From positions 52,400 through 116,399 of the IMG/VR virus record IMGVR_UViG_3300027741_000029: a stretch of 64,000 nt of DNA; one strand, 5' to 3'. Below the pieces are notes generated by a model that saw nothing but the letters and a program-made list of their open reading frames with translations, ran no database searches and was not told the origin of the DNA. Shown one piece after another: positions 9,027 to 16,216 of this stretch. The translations under genes and the position numbers were made by a program. Position 1 is the first letter of the stretch; each line of letters starts with the position of its first letter. This DNA comes from a virus.

Positions 9027-9237
9027 AACACATCATATTAGAGAATTTATTAATCGTGGACAAAACATTGTTGGCAATAACTTAGTTCTTGATAAGGAAA
9101 CCATTGCCAATGTTACAAAAGAACTTGCTGATGTTCTTGCACATGTGCTTGAACTTGAAAGTAAAATTGCAGAACTAGAAGAAAAAGTTCAGAATAACAA
9201 CGTTCTTACGGTTGAATTGGTAGGAGATAATTTTTAA
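9013..9237 (+). CDS. hypothetical coiled-coil protein
   Basis: GTG start overlapping the upstream stop; heptad pattern in the C-terminal half. Confidence 0.6.
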   Translation: MRPPRTHHIREFINRGQNIVGNNLVLDKETIANVTKELADVLAHVLELESKIAELEEKVQNNNVLTVELVGDNF

Positions 9238-9279
9238 ACCTAATTTCAATAGGCTAAATAATTTTAGCGAATACTCAAT

Positions 9280-9588
9280 ATGTCAAGACCTAAGCCTCAA
9301 GTACTACTTGAAATTACTAATAAACAAACATATAAGTCAGAACAAGTTTTGGCTAGCGAAGGCATATGGGCTATCTTCTTAGATAATAAGCCAGTTAATC
9401 TTAAAACTACAAGTATGTTAGCACAATATGCTGGTCCAAAATATAAGAAAAGTTCATTTTCAAATCCTGGTCACGCTATCAATCTTTGCAAGAAACTTAA
9501 TACACAATTCAAAACAACTCGTTTCAGTGTAGTTCTACTTAATAGTGGACCATCGGTTTATCCTGCAAAAAATGACACAAAAGTCTAA
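9280..9588 (+). CDS. hypothetical protein (TAAATA upstream at 9255-9260)
   Basis: 102-aa ORF with a candidate late promoter about 20 nt upstream. Confidence 0.7.
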   Translation: MSRPKPQVLLEITNKQTYKSEQVLASEGIWAIFLDNKPVNLKTTSMLAQYAGPKYKKSSFSNPGHAINLCKKLNTQFKTTRFSVVLLNSGPSVYPAKNDTKV

Positions 9589-9952
9589 GACCGATTGGAC
9601 ACATGAATTATATCATCTTGCACACGGTGAAGATGCGTTCATTCCACATATAAATCAAAAAAATATCTATATTCTTTATTGGTATAATAACAATAAAAAT
9701 TTTGGTTTCAGGCTCAATAACACTGCATTTGAGATTATGCGCAATGCTGGTTATAAATTCTATGAGCATCAAATTGACAGACGGAAGTATCAAATCAATG
9801 GCAAAGAACTAGTGTTAATGGATCGCTATCATAACCACCCTTGGTTTTACCAAATGAGCAAAGGTGAACTATTCCTAATGGATAGCGAACTCTCTATGAT
9901 GTTAGAACTTTGTGGTGGAAATTTAGGGCAAGCTATTCAAAATATGTCTTGA
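9572..9952 (+). CDS. hypothetical protein
   Basis: Likely start ATG 9572 (MTQKSK); its TGA lies inside the next -35 box. Confidence 0.6.
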   Translation: MTQKSKTDWTHELYHLAHGEDAFIPHINQKNIYILYWYNNNKNFGFRLNNTAFEIMRNAGYKFYEHQIDRRKYQINGKELVLMDRYHNHPWFYQMSKGELFLMDSELSMMLELCGGNLGQAIQNMS

Positions 9953-9976
9953 CAGATATATAATCCATGCTATATT
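9949..9976 (+). promoter_or_regulatory. early cassette promoter 1
   Basis: TTGACA 9949-9954, N16, TGC+TATATT 9971-9976, then cataatataagcaatgg and GGAAAGG RBS. Confidence 0.85.
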
Positions 9977-10002
9977 CATAATATAAGCAATGGGGAAAGG
10001 CA

Positions 10003-10122
10003 ATGCGCAGCGCAGAAGCAAGAGAATTAGCGAAACCGCTGTACCGTCAGCGAATAGTTCTTGCCAAAAAAGGCAAAGGCAGTTATAATCGTAAGAAGCA
10101 AAAGGAAACTAGCAATGACTGA
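10003..10122 (+). CDS. arfA: ArfA-like alternative ribosome-rescue factor, 39 aa (not in ORF track)
   Basis: My translation: MRSAEARELAKPLYRQRIVLAKKGKGSYNRKKQKETSND*. The core PLYRQRIVLAKKGKGSYNRK aligns ungapped to the E. coli ArfA core recalled as [20 protein letters not shown] (14/20 identical). RBS GGAAAGG directly upstream; stop overlaps the next ATG (ATGACTGA). Confidence 0.75.
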   Translation: MRSAEARELAKPLYRQRIVLAKKGKGSYNRKKQKETSND

Positions 10123-10762
10123 TACCATTTCTCTCAAAGATGCCATGACTGCCGCCGTAGCCGCCCAACGGGTTAATGGCAAGTATATCAAGCGTTATGA
10201 TGCCAAGGAAGGTGAACTTTCCAATGGCGCACTTATGCGTGAATTTCTCAATCCAGAAATGGTAAACTTTGACCATTTGCCACAAGACATTGAAATTGCT
10301 GATCAAATTCTAGAGTATCTTGATAGCAAAATGATTGAACTTATTGCTGGCACTCTCCATGATTATTGGAAGAATCTTGTCCTATTGACAGAACAAAAGG
10401 CAATTAATGCCAAGGATTTCAAGACCTTAGCCTTGGTTGCCAGCGTTCCTAACTCCTATTTTAACGCAATTGGGCGTGAAAAAGCGCAGGATGAACTGCG
10501 TGTTATTGCCGAAAATAGCCGTCATATTGGCAAGGTTGGCGACAATATTGAAGCAGATTTGACCATCAAATCAGCGGTTTATAGTGCCAACTATAACAAA
10601 TGGTATCATACCGCCCTCACTGCTGACCAAAATTTGGTCTGTTTTCCGCTGTCAGAACAGTTAAATCGGGGCGATATTATCGCTATTTCGGCTAGAATTC
10701 ACAAGCATGATGACAATAATCAGACCCGTTTACACTATGTGCGGATCAAAAAAAGTGCTTGA
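10115..10762 (+). CDS. hypothetical protein with C-terminal OB-fold-like domain
   Basis: True start probably ATG 10115 (MTDTISLK), coupled to the upstream stop. The C-terminal HIGKVGDNIEADLTIK...GDIIAISARIHKH...TRLHYVRI reads as an OB fold. Confidence 0.6.
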   Translation: MTDTISLKDAMTAAVAAQRVNGKYIKRYDAKEGELSNGALMREFLNPEMVNFDHLPQDIEIADQILEYLDSKMIELIAGTLHDYWKNLVLLTEQKAINAKDFKTLALVASVPNSYFNAIGREKAQDELRVIAENSRHIGKVGDNIEADLTIKSAVYSANYNKWYHTALTADQNLVCFPLSEQLNRGDIIAISARIHKHDDNNQTRLHYVRIKKSA

Positions 10763-10786
10763 CAACCCTTAAATCTGTGTTATATT
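10759..10786 (+). promoter_or_regulatory. early cassette promoter 2
   Basis: A-tract, TTGACA 10759-10764, N16, TATATT 10781-10786. Confidence 0.85.
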
Positions 10787-10816
10787 CATAATATAAGCAA
10801 TGGAAAGGTATACCCC

Positions 10817-11020
10817 ATGAACCACATCGAAGCCATCCGCATGGATTTAACCGCTCTTGAAGCCTCATATTCACTTTATATGGATACCGAATGTTATGAT
10901 GAAGCCAATATGGTATCAAAAGCCATCGACATGCAGTGGGGCTTGCTAATTGCGGCAATCCGTGCAGAAGACCCCCATACCACAGAAGCCGATATCCGTT
11001 ACTTTGAAAATAATGCTTGA
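10817..11020 (+). CDS. small early hypothetical protein
   Basis: Own promoter and GGAAAGG RBS; stop inside the next -35 box. Confidence 0.7.
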   Translation: MNHIEAIRMDLTALEASYSLYMDTECYDEANMVSKAIDMQWGLLIAAIRAEDPHTTEADIRYFENNA

Positions 11021-11044
11021 CAACTCCTAAATCCATGTTATATT
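11017..11044 (+). promoter_or_regulatory. early cassette promoter 3
   Basis: TTGACA 11017-11022, N16, TATATT 11039-11044, GGAGA RBS. Confidence 0.85.
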
Positions 11045-11073
11045 AAGTTATAGTCAATTGATGGAGAACACGG

Positions 11074-11244
11074 ATGCGCAATTCTTGGTCATTTTCTCAG
11101 TATCTTGAAGAAATCATCACCCTAAGCGAAATCGTTGAAATTCCTGGCATTGAGGAATCCCGTGCTTCTCTTATCACAGAAATGTGGGCTAAATTTCCTA
11201 AAGAATGTGTGGCAATCGGTCTCACTGACGGGGTTAAAAAATAA
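11074..11244 (+). CDS. small early hypothetical protein, 56 aa (not in ORF track)
   Basis: My translation: MRNSWSFSQYLEEIITLSEIVEIPGIEESRASLITEMWAKFPKECVAIGLTDGVKK*. Fills the space between promoters 3 and 4; GGAGA RBS. Confidence 0.75.
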   Translation: MRNSWSFSQYLEEIITLSEIVEIPGIEESRASLITEMWAKFPKECVAIGLTDGVKK

Positions 11245-11247
11245 CCC

Positions 11248-11275
11248 TTGACAGCCTCTAATTCTGTGTTATATT
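11248..11275 (+). promoter_or_regulatory. early cassette promoter 4
   Basis: TTGACA 11248-11253, N16, TATATT 11270-11275. Confidence 0.85.
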
Positions 11276-11301
11276 ACTAATATAAGCAATGGAGCGGCGA
11301 A

Positions 11302-11580
11302 ATGGCACAAGTAAGCACCCGTAAGGCTAAGATTTCCACTATCCTTCATAACCGTTATTTTACCAAAGGTGTACAGGATGCGGTAGCAGGTCGCCCATTT
11401 GACCCCGATTATGACAAGTGGGAAACTGCTTCTCACGGTGCCGCACAGTGGTGTTACGAGCGTGGTCGCCAATATGGTATTGCCACAGGCGGTAAAGTTC
11501 CTACTAAAACTGGTAAGCGAATTAACTATTTTGCTATTCGTGAGTTTAACCGTCTTTACCATGATGGTTCAATTATCTGA
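11302..11580 (+). CDS. small basic early hypothetical protein
   Basis: GGAG RBS, own promoter. Confidence 0.75.
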   Translation: MAQVSTRKAKISTILHNRYFTKGVQDAVAGRPFDPDYDKWETASHGAAQWCYERGRQYGIATGGKVPTKTGKRINYFAIREFNRLYHDGSII

Positions 11581-11590
11581 TAAAAAGTGC

Positions 11591-11618
11591 TTGACAACCC
11601 CTAAATCCGTGTTATATT
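11591..11618 (+). promoter_or_regulatory. early cassette promoter 5
   Basis: TTGACA 11591-11596, N16, TATATT 11613-11618. Confidence 0.85.
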
Positions 11619-11648
11619 AAGTTATAGTCAATTGATGGAGAGCGAGAC

Positions 11649-11894
11649 ATGACTGCCACCGATCTTACGATGTTTGGTATGACCAAAGCCGATATCCGTG
11701 ACCAATATATTAACAGTATCTCTGCCAAACTGGTTGGCGTGGAGATGGTCGTCATGGGTATTCTTTCCGATTGTCAGGAAATGATGGCTAGGCGGAATCC
11801 AACAATTCCGCACCCAAATGTAGATGAATTTATCCGTCAGCAGATGAATATCGCTAAGTTTATTCTTAGCGAAATGATGCAAAAAACTGCTTGA
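11649..11894 (+). CDS. small early hypothetical protein
   Basis: GGAGAG RBS; stop inside the next -35 box. Confidence 0.75.
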   Translation: MTATDLTMFGMTKADIRDQYINSISAKLVGVEMVVMGILSDCQEMMARRNPTIPHPNVDEFIRQQMNIAKFILSEMMQKTA

Positions 11895-11918
11895 CAAACC
11901 GCAATTCTGTGTTATTGT
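11891..11918 (+). promoter_or_regulatory. early cassette promoter 6
   Basis: TTGACA 11891-11896, N16, TATTGT 11913-11918. Confidence 0.8.
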
Positions 11919-11949
11919 TATAATATAAACAGTGCAACGGAGAATTTAA

Positions 11950-12243
11950 ATGCAGTTGATCCCAACCAATCGCTTTGATAAAAAACTGTTCGTCACCACG
12001 GGTGATTATGTTTTTTATGGTGCTGAACGCCGTTTTGTTGCACGTTTTAAACATTCTAAAAGCCCCTTTACTAAAGCAAAGTTCATCAAGGAACTGATTG
12101 CCAACCATACTGTTGAAGGCTACTTCATGGCTCTTGAACACAACCATCAGGCACCGCTTAATATCCTTCGTGACAAAAACGAGGACTGGTATTTTGAAAT
12201 TCTTGAGGAATTTTCTGGTCGTGATCTGCGGAAAGCAGCATAA
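11950..12243 (+). CDS. small early hypothetical protein
   Basis: GGAGA RBS, own promoter. Confidence 0.75.
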   Translation: MQLIPTNRFDKKLFVTTGDYVFYGAERRFVARFKHSKSPFTKAKFIKELIANHTVEGYFMALEHNHQAPLNILRDKNEDWYFEILEEFSGRDLRKAA

Positions 12244-12251
12244 TTTTTTGC

Positions 12252-12279
12252 TTGACATACCCCAATTCTGTGTTATTGT
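12252..12279 (+). promoter_or_regulatory. early cassette promoter 7
   Basis: TTGACA 12252-12257, N16, TATTGT 12274-12279. Confidence 0.8.
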
Positions 12280-12308
12280 TATAATATAAACAGCAACGGA
12301 GATTTCCC

Positions 12309-12635
12309 ATGGATATGCAATCTGGTCTCGCCGCTATCATTGAAAAGTCCAAAGCCGATTATCTTGCTTGGAATGGCAATCGTACTAATGATCCAATCGT
12401 CGCCAAGATGATTGAAGAATATAATGCCTCACTCCGCATTGAGGAAGGCAGCAAATATTTCAAGATTGTTCAGCGTAATTCGGTGCATTCCTTCGTGGTT
12501 AAGAAGGATGGTGGCAAGTTCCGTGCTGGCGATATCTTGAAGCCTGCTTCGTGGCGTTCGCCTGCTATAAACTTTGCTCGTGGCAATGTTCTAGACGGTA
12601 CTCTTGATTGCATTCGTTGGACGGGTGCGCTGTAA
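12309..12635 (+). CDS. conserved-looking T4-like phage hypothetical protein
   Basis: Motif GDILKPASWRSPA...ARGNV, recalled from many T4-like phage early proteins; function unknown. Confidence 0.7.
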   Translation: MDMQSGLAAIIEKSKADYLAWNGNRTNDPIVAKMIEEYNASLRIEEGSKYFKIVQRNSVHSFVVKKDGGKFRAGDILKPASWRSPAINFARGNVLDGTLDCIRWTGAL

Positions 12636-12644
12636 AAAAAGTTC

Positions 12645-12672
12645 TTGACAGAACAAAATAATATGCTATATT
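12645..12672 (+). promoter_or_regulatory. early cassette promoter 8
   Basis: A-tract, TTGACA 12645-12650, N16, TGC+TATATT 12667-12672, GGAGA RBS. Confidence 0.85.
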
Positions 12673-12701
12673 AAATTATAGTCAACTGATGGAGAAACAC
12701 A

Positions 12702-13832
12702 ATGGCTAAGAACACTGACAATGCACTTTCAGAAGTGCGCACGGTTACCCTCGCTGCTGCAAAGCGTGAGGTCATGGTTTGCGCTCGTCGCAAGCGTCCT
12801 GTATTCCTTTGGGGTGCGCCTGGTATCGGTAAGTCCGAACTCGTTGCAGACCTTTGCGAAAGCATGGGTGGCAAGTTGTATGACTTGCGTCTTGCACTCA
12901 TGGACCCTTCTGACTTGAAGGGCGTTCTCTACTACAATCCTACTGTTGGCAATGCTATGTGGAATGCGCCGCCTGATCTTCCTTCTAAGGAAGAGGCTGC
13001 TCAGTATCCTGTAGTGTTCCTGTTCCTTGACGAAATGAACTCTGCTGCACCAGCAACACAGGCTGCTGCATACCAGTTGGTTCTCAATCGTCGTGTTGGC
13101 ACCTATGAGTTGCCTGAGAACGTTGTTATCGTTGCCGCTGGTAACCGTGACACTGACCGTGGTGTAGTCTATCGTATGCCATCGCCACTTGCCAACCGTT
13201 TTGTTCACTTGAACTTGCGTGTTGACTTTGAGTCGTGGAATGATTGGGCTATCAACCATGCCATCAATCCTGATGTGGTTGCCTATGTCACCTGCAACAA
13301 GAACGACTTGTTCAACTTTGATCCTCGCTCGTCAGGTGCATCGTTTGCTACGCCTCGTTCGTGGTCGTTTGTCAGTGAGTTGCTGCAAGAAGACCTTAAC
13401 GATACCGAACTCAATGACCTTGTATCTGGTACGGTTGGCGAAGGTGTTGCACTCAAGTTTGCTGCCCATCGTAAGGTTGCAAGCCAGATGCCTAACCCTA
13501 GTGACATTTTGTCTGGCAAGGTCAAGGATTTGCGTACTAAGGAAATCGGTGCCAAGTATTCTCTCACGGTCTCTTGCTGCTATGAGTTGAAGGACTCGTT
13601 TGACAAGCGTGGCGGCGAGCGTATGAAGGAAAACGATATCGTTGCATGGCACGAAGAACTTGACAACGTGTTCCGTTTCTACCTTGACAACATGGACACC
13701 GAGTTGCAAGTTATGATGCTTGCTACTATCCTTCGTAACTACAAGCTGCCTATGAAGACTAGCCGCTTGAAGAACTACAAGGATTACCATGCAAAGAACG
13801 GTGACTACATCCTCGCCGCTGTGCGTGACTAA
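12702..13832 (+). CDS. MoxR-like AAA+ ATPase
   Basis: Walker A GAPGIGKS, Walker B LFLDEMN, sensor AAGNR, arginine finger LANRF, TPRSW. Confidence 0.92.
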   Translation: MAKNTDNALSEVRTVTLAAAKREVMVCARRKRPVFLWGAPGIGKSELVADLCESMGGKLYDLRLALMDPSDLKGVLYYNPTVGNAMWNAPPDLPSKEEAAQYPVVFLFLDEMNSAAPATQAAAYQLVLNRRVGTYELPENVVIVAAGNRDTDRGVVYRMPSPLANRFVHLNLRVDFESWNDWAINHAINPDVVAYVTCNKNDLFNFDPRSSGASFATPRSWSFVSELLQEDLNDTELNDLVSGTVGEGVALKFAAHRKVASQMPNPSDILSGKVKDLRTKEIGAKYSLTVSCCYELKDSFDKRGGERMKENDIVAWHEELDNVFRFYLDNMDTELQVMMLATILRNYKLPMKTSRLKNYKDYHAKNGDYILAAVRD

Positions 13833-13872
13833 TTCTCTCGCCCCATCGTTCTCCATCAGTGAGGGCGAGACT

Positions 13873-13904
13873 ATAGGGGGGTAAATTACCCCCCTATTTT
13901 TTTT
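13873..13904 (+). terminator. rho-independent terminator
   Basis: ATAGGGGGGTAA-A-TTACCCCCCTAT inverted repeat followed by a T8 run; a second hairpin (tctcgccc...gggcgaga) lies just upstream. Confidence 0.9.
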
Positions 13905-13905
13905 C

Positions 13906-13933
13906 TTGACAACCTATATAATTGTGGTATTAT
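13906..13933 (+). promoter_or_regulatory. early promoter 9
   Basis: TTGACA 13906-13911, N16, TGG+TATTAT 13928-13933, GGAGA RBS before ATG 13961. Confidence 0.8.
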
Positions 13934-13960
13934 AAATTATAAACATTGGAGAACGCAATT

Positions 13961-15226
13961 ATGGCTAAGATCAAACAAGGTGCTGGCAAACTCAGCGAGA
14001 CGATTGATGCGGTTCAGGACGAGGCAGCACGTCAGGCTATTCTTAAAGCCCGTATTGCCCTTGTGCTCAAGCAACCTTTCTTTGGCAATCTTGCCATGCG
14101 TCTTACCCTTAAGAACGCTGACAGTTGGTTGACGACTGCTGCTACCGATGGTCGCCACTTCTACTACAACAGTGAGTTTATCCTTAAACTTCCTACTAAT
14201 CAAATGATGTTCCTATTCTGCCATGAGTTGCTTCACTGCGCTTATGACCATATGAACCGTGGTCGTGGTTATAACCGTGACCTTGCTAACATTGCAATGG
14301 ACTATGTAGTCAATGCCGATTGCATCAAGTACAACCTTGGTCAAAAGATTACGGTTGTGCCTGTTCTTTATGATCGCAAGTATGACGAATGGAACTTTGA
14401 ACAGGTCTATGATGACCTTATCAAGAATGCTAAGCAGATCAACATTGAAGATTTGCTTGACCAGTTGCTTGACGAACACATGGATGGTTCGCAAGGCAAG
14501 GGTAATGGCGAAGATGGCAAGGATGAGAAGGATGGCAAGGGCAACGGTCGTCCTAACCCGCTGACACCAGAAGAACGTCAGGCTATCAAGGACGAGTTCA
14601 AAGAAGCTATGCTTGCTGCTGCACAGTCTGCAGGTGCTGGCAATACGCCTGGCAACATCAAGCGTATGATCAATGAACTCACGCAGCCTAAGATCAACTG
14701 GCGTGAACTCATTACACAGCAAATCCAATCTACCATCAAGAACGATTACACATGGACTATTCCTAACAAGAAAATGTTCTCACAAGGTTTCGTTCTGCCT
14801 AACATGCGCAAGGATCAAGCTATCGATGTTTGCATCGCCATTGATACCAGTGGTTCTATTGGCAATGATCAGTTGAATAACTTCTTTAGTGAAATCAACG
14901 GTATCATGCAATCCTATGATGACTACAAGGTCAAAATTTGGTGCTTTGATACGCAAGTTCATAATCCAGTAGACTATACTACTGCTGATGGTGATGACCT
15001 TATCAACTATGAAGCAGCAGGTTTTGGTGGCACTGATTTTGACGTAAATTGGAAGTGGATGAAGCATGAAGATGTAAATCCAAAACTCTTCATTGTGTTT
15101 ACTGATGGCGAACCATATGGTTCGTGGGGTGATGAAAACTATTGTGATACGGTGTGGATTATCCATAACAAGTATAACAAGAACATCGAACCACCATTTG
15201 GTATCCATGCCTACTACGAAGATTGA
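13961..15226 (+). CDS. putative metallopeptidase + vWA-like domain protein (DUF2201-type partner of MoxR ATPases)
   Basis: TAATDG, HExxH (CHELLH), low-complexity G/K/D linker, MIDAS-like IDTSGSI, GFGGTDF, FTDG. Start set at MAKIKQ after the RBS. Confidence 0.88.
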   Translation: MAKIKQGAGKLSETIDAVQDEAARQAILKARIALVLKQPFFGNLAMRLTLKNADSWLTTAATDGRHFYYNSEFILKLPTNQMMFLFCHELLHCAYDHMNRGRGYNRDLANIAMDYVVNADCIKYNLGQKITVVPVLYDRKYDEWNFEQVYDDLIKNAKQINIEDLLDQLLDEHMDGSQGKGNGEDGKDEKDGKGNGRPNPLTPEERQAIKDEFKEAMLAAAQSAGAGNTPGNIKRMINELTQPKINWRELITQQIQSTIKNDYTWTIPNKKMFSQGFVLPNMRKDQAIDVCIAIDTSGSIGNDQLNNFFSEINGIMQSYDDYKVKIWCFDTQVHNPVDYTTADGDDLINYEAAGFGGTDFDVNWKWMKHEDVNPKLFIVFTDGEPYGSWGDENYCDTVWIIHNKYNKNIEPPFGIHAYYED

Positions 15227-15230
15227 TACG

Positions 15231-15263
15231 AAAGGGCTAGAAAATTTCTAGCCCTTTTTCTTT
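15231..15263 (+). terminator. rho-independent terminator
   Basis: AAAGGGCTAGAAA-A-TTTCTAGCCCTTT followed by a T-rich tail. Confidence 0.9.
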
Positions 15264-15296
15264 ATAGTTAAATACTAATATAATACGGAGATTAAT

Positions 15297-15521
15297 ATGA
15301 CTGACACAACAACCACAGAAGTATCTGCTGAGCAAACACCACCAAGCATTGCCATTAATGACATTGCTTTTCTTGTACAAATTGTGGAGATTGTTGCACA
15401 GCGTGGCGCTTTCCGTGCCGAAGAATTAACCAGCGTTGGTGCTGTATACGACAAGGTAAAGGCATTTATTGTTGCTAATACCCCACAACCTGCACCAGCA
15501 GTTCAATCAACAGAGGAATAA
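15297..15521 (+). CDS. hypothetical protein (TAAATA at 15269-15274)
   Basis: GGAG RBS; candidate late promoter upstream. Confidence 0.7.
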   Translation: MTDTTTTEVSAEQTPPSIAINDIAFLVQIVEIVAQRGAFRAEELTSVGAVYDKVKAFIVANTPQPAPAVQSTEE

Positions 15522-15526
15522 AATCA

Positions 15527-16216
15527 ATGAGTTTTTTTAAACACGTAGGAACTGTCAATAACAAGAAGGTAATCATTGTTCAACGCCAGTTGAACGGCGA
15601 TGAAGCGCATATGGCAGTAGTAATTTATAGTGGTATTATGCCAAGCAAGTACCATGATGATGTTATGAAATTGCTAGAAAGTCCAGAAGGACAGGCTGCT
15701 TATGAGTTTCGTGATATCCTAGAACGTCGCATGATGGCAGATGGTCAAAACATGCTACAAGCCCTAAGTCACGAAAATTATCTAAAGCGTGTACCAGCGA
15801 ACAATGTTATTGTTACACCAAACAGCAAGAGCAGCATGCGTCTTGACGAACTTACCAAATTGTTAAACCAAGTTGGTAGAGGAGATGAGGCAGTTAAACA
15901 ACTTGACCGTATGGAAAATCAATTAGGCTATGCTGATCCAGCAAAGGCAGCTTTGACTGATAGTCAAGTTGCAGAAAGTGTTTCACTTGCTGATATGGGC
16001 ATTGATGTAGCAGCAGAGAATGCTAAGTTAAGTGCTCCAGTTGCTGCTGCACCAGCACCAATCGATCAAACTGCACTTATGATGCAGATGATGCAAACTA
16101 TGCAAGCGATGCAACAACAGATTGCTTCACTATCTGGTAACAAGGCACCAGCACCTGCTAAGGCAGCACCGAAGGCTGCTAAGGCAAAGACTGCTAAGAC
16201 CGCAGCACGTGCCTAA
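15527..16216 (+). CDS. hypothetical protein with Met/Gln-rich helix and Ala/Lys/Pro tail
   Basis: GAGGA RBS; C-terminus MMQMMQTMQAMQQQ...APAPAKAAPKAAKAKTAKTAARA. Confidence 0.75.
   Translation: MSFFKHVGTVNNKKVIIVQRQLNGDEAHMAVVIYSGIMPSKYHDDVMKLLESPEGQAAYEFRDILERRMMADGQNMLQALSHENYLKRVPANNVIVTPNSKSSMRLDELTKLLNQVGRGDEAVKQLDRMENQLGYADPAKAALTDSQVAESVSLADMGIDVAAENAKLSAPVAAAPAPIDQTALMMQMMQTMQAMQQQIASLSGNKAPAPAKAAPKAAKAKTAKTAARA

Larger units (their letters stand above)
10748..12690 (+). repeat. dispersed 40-55 bp direct repeats (promoter+RBS modules) separating single small genes
   Basis: 11015-11067 and 11589-11641 match at 51/53 nt. 11889-11942 and 12250-12302 differ by 2 substitutions plus a 2-nt indel. 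10748-10786 and 11582-11618 differ by about 2 nt. Confidence 0.9.

Noticed and set aside
10061-10114. ORF-track N-terminal extension MPKKAKAVIIVRSKRKLA
   Set aside because: A TTG-started extension that overlaps the ArfA-like ORF in another frame; ATG 10115 coupled to the ArfA-like stop is the better start.
10748-12690. CRISPR-like repeat array
   Set aside because: Repeats are promoter/RBS modules separated by 200-700 bp genes, not 30-40 bp spacers; they are not palindromic and no cas genes are present.
12721-15208. Long alternative-frame and antisense ORFs (12729-13259, 13219-13590, 13332-13856, 14213-14728, 14780-15208)
   Set aside because: Shadows of the GC-richer, codon-biased MoxR and vWA genes; no RBS or motifs.
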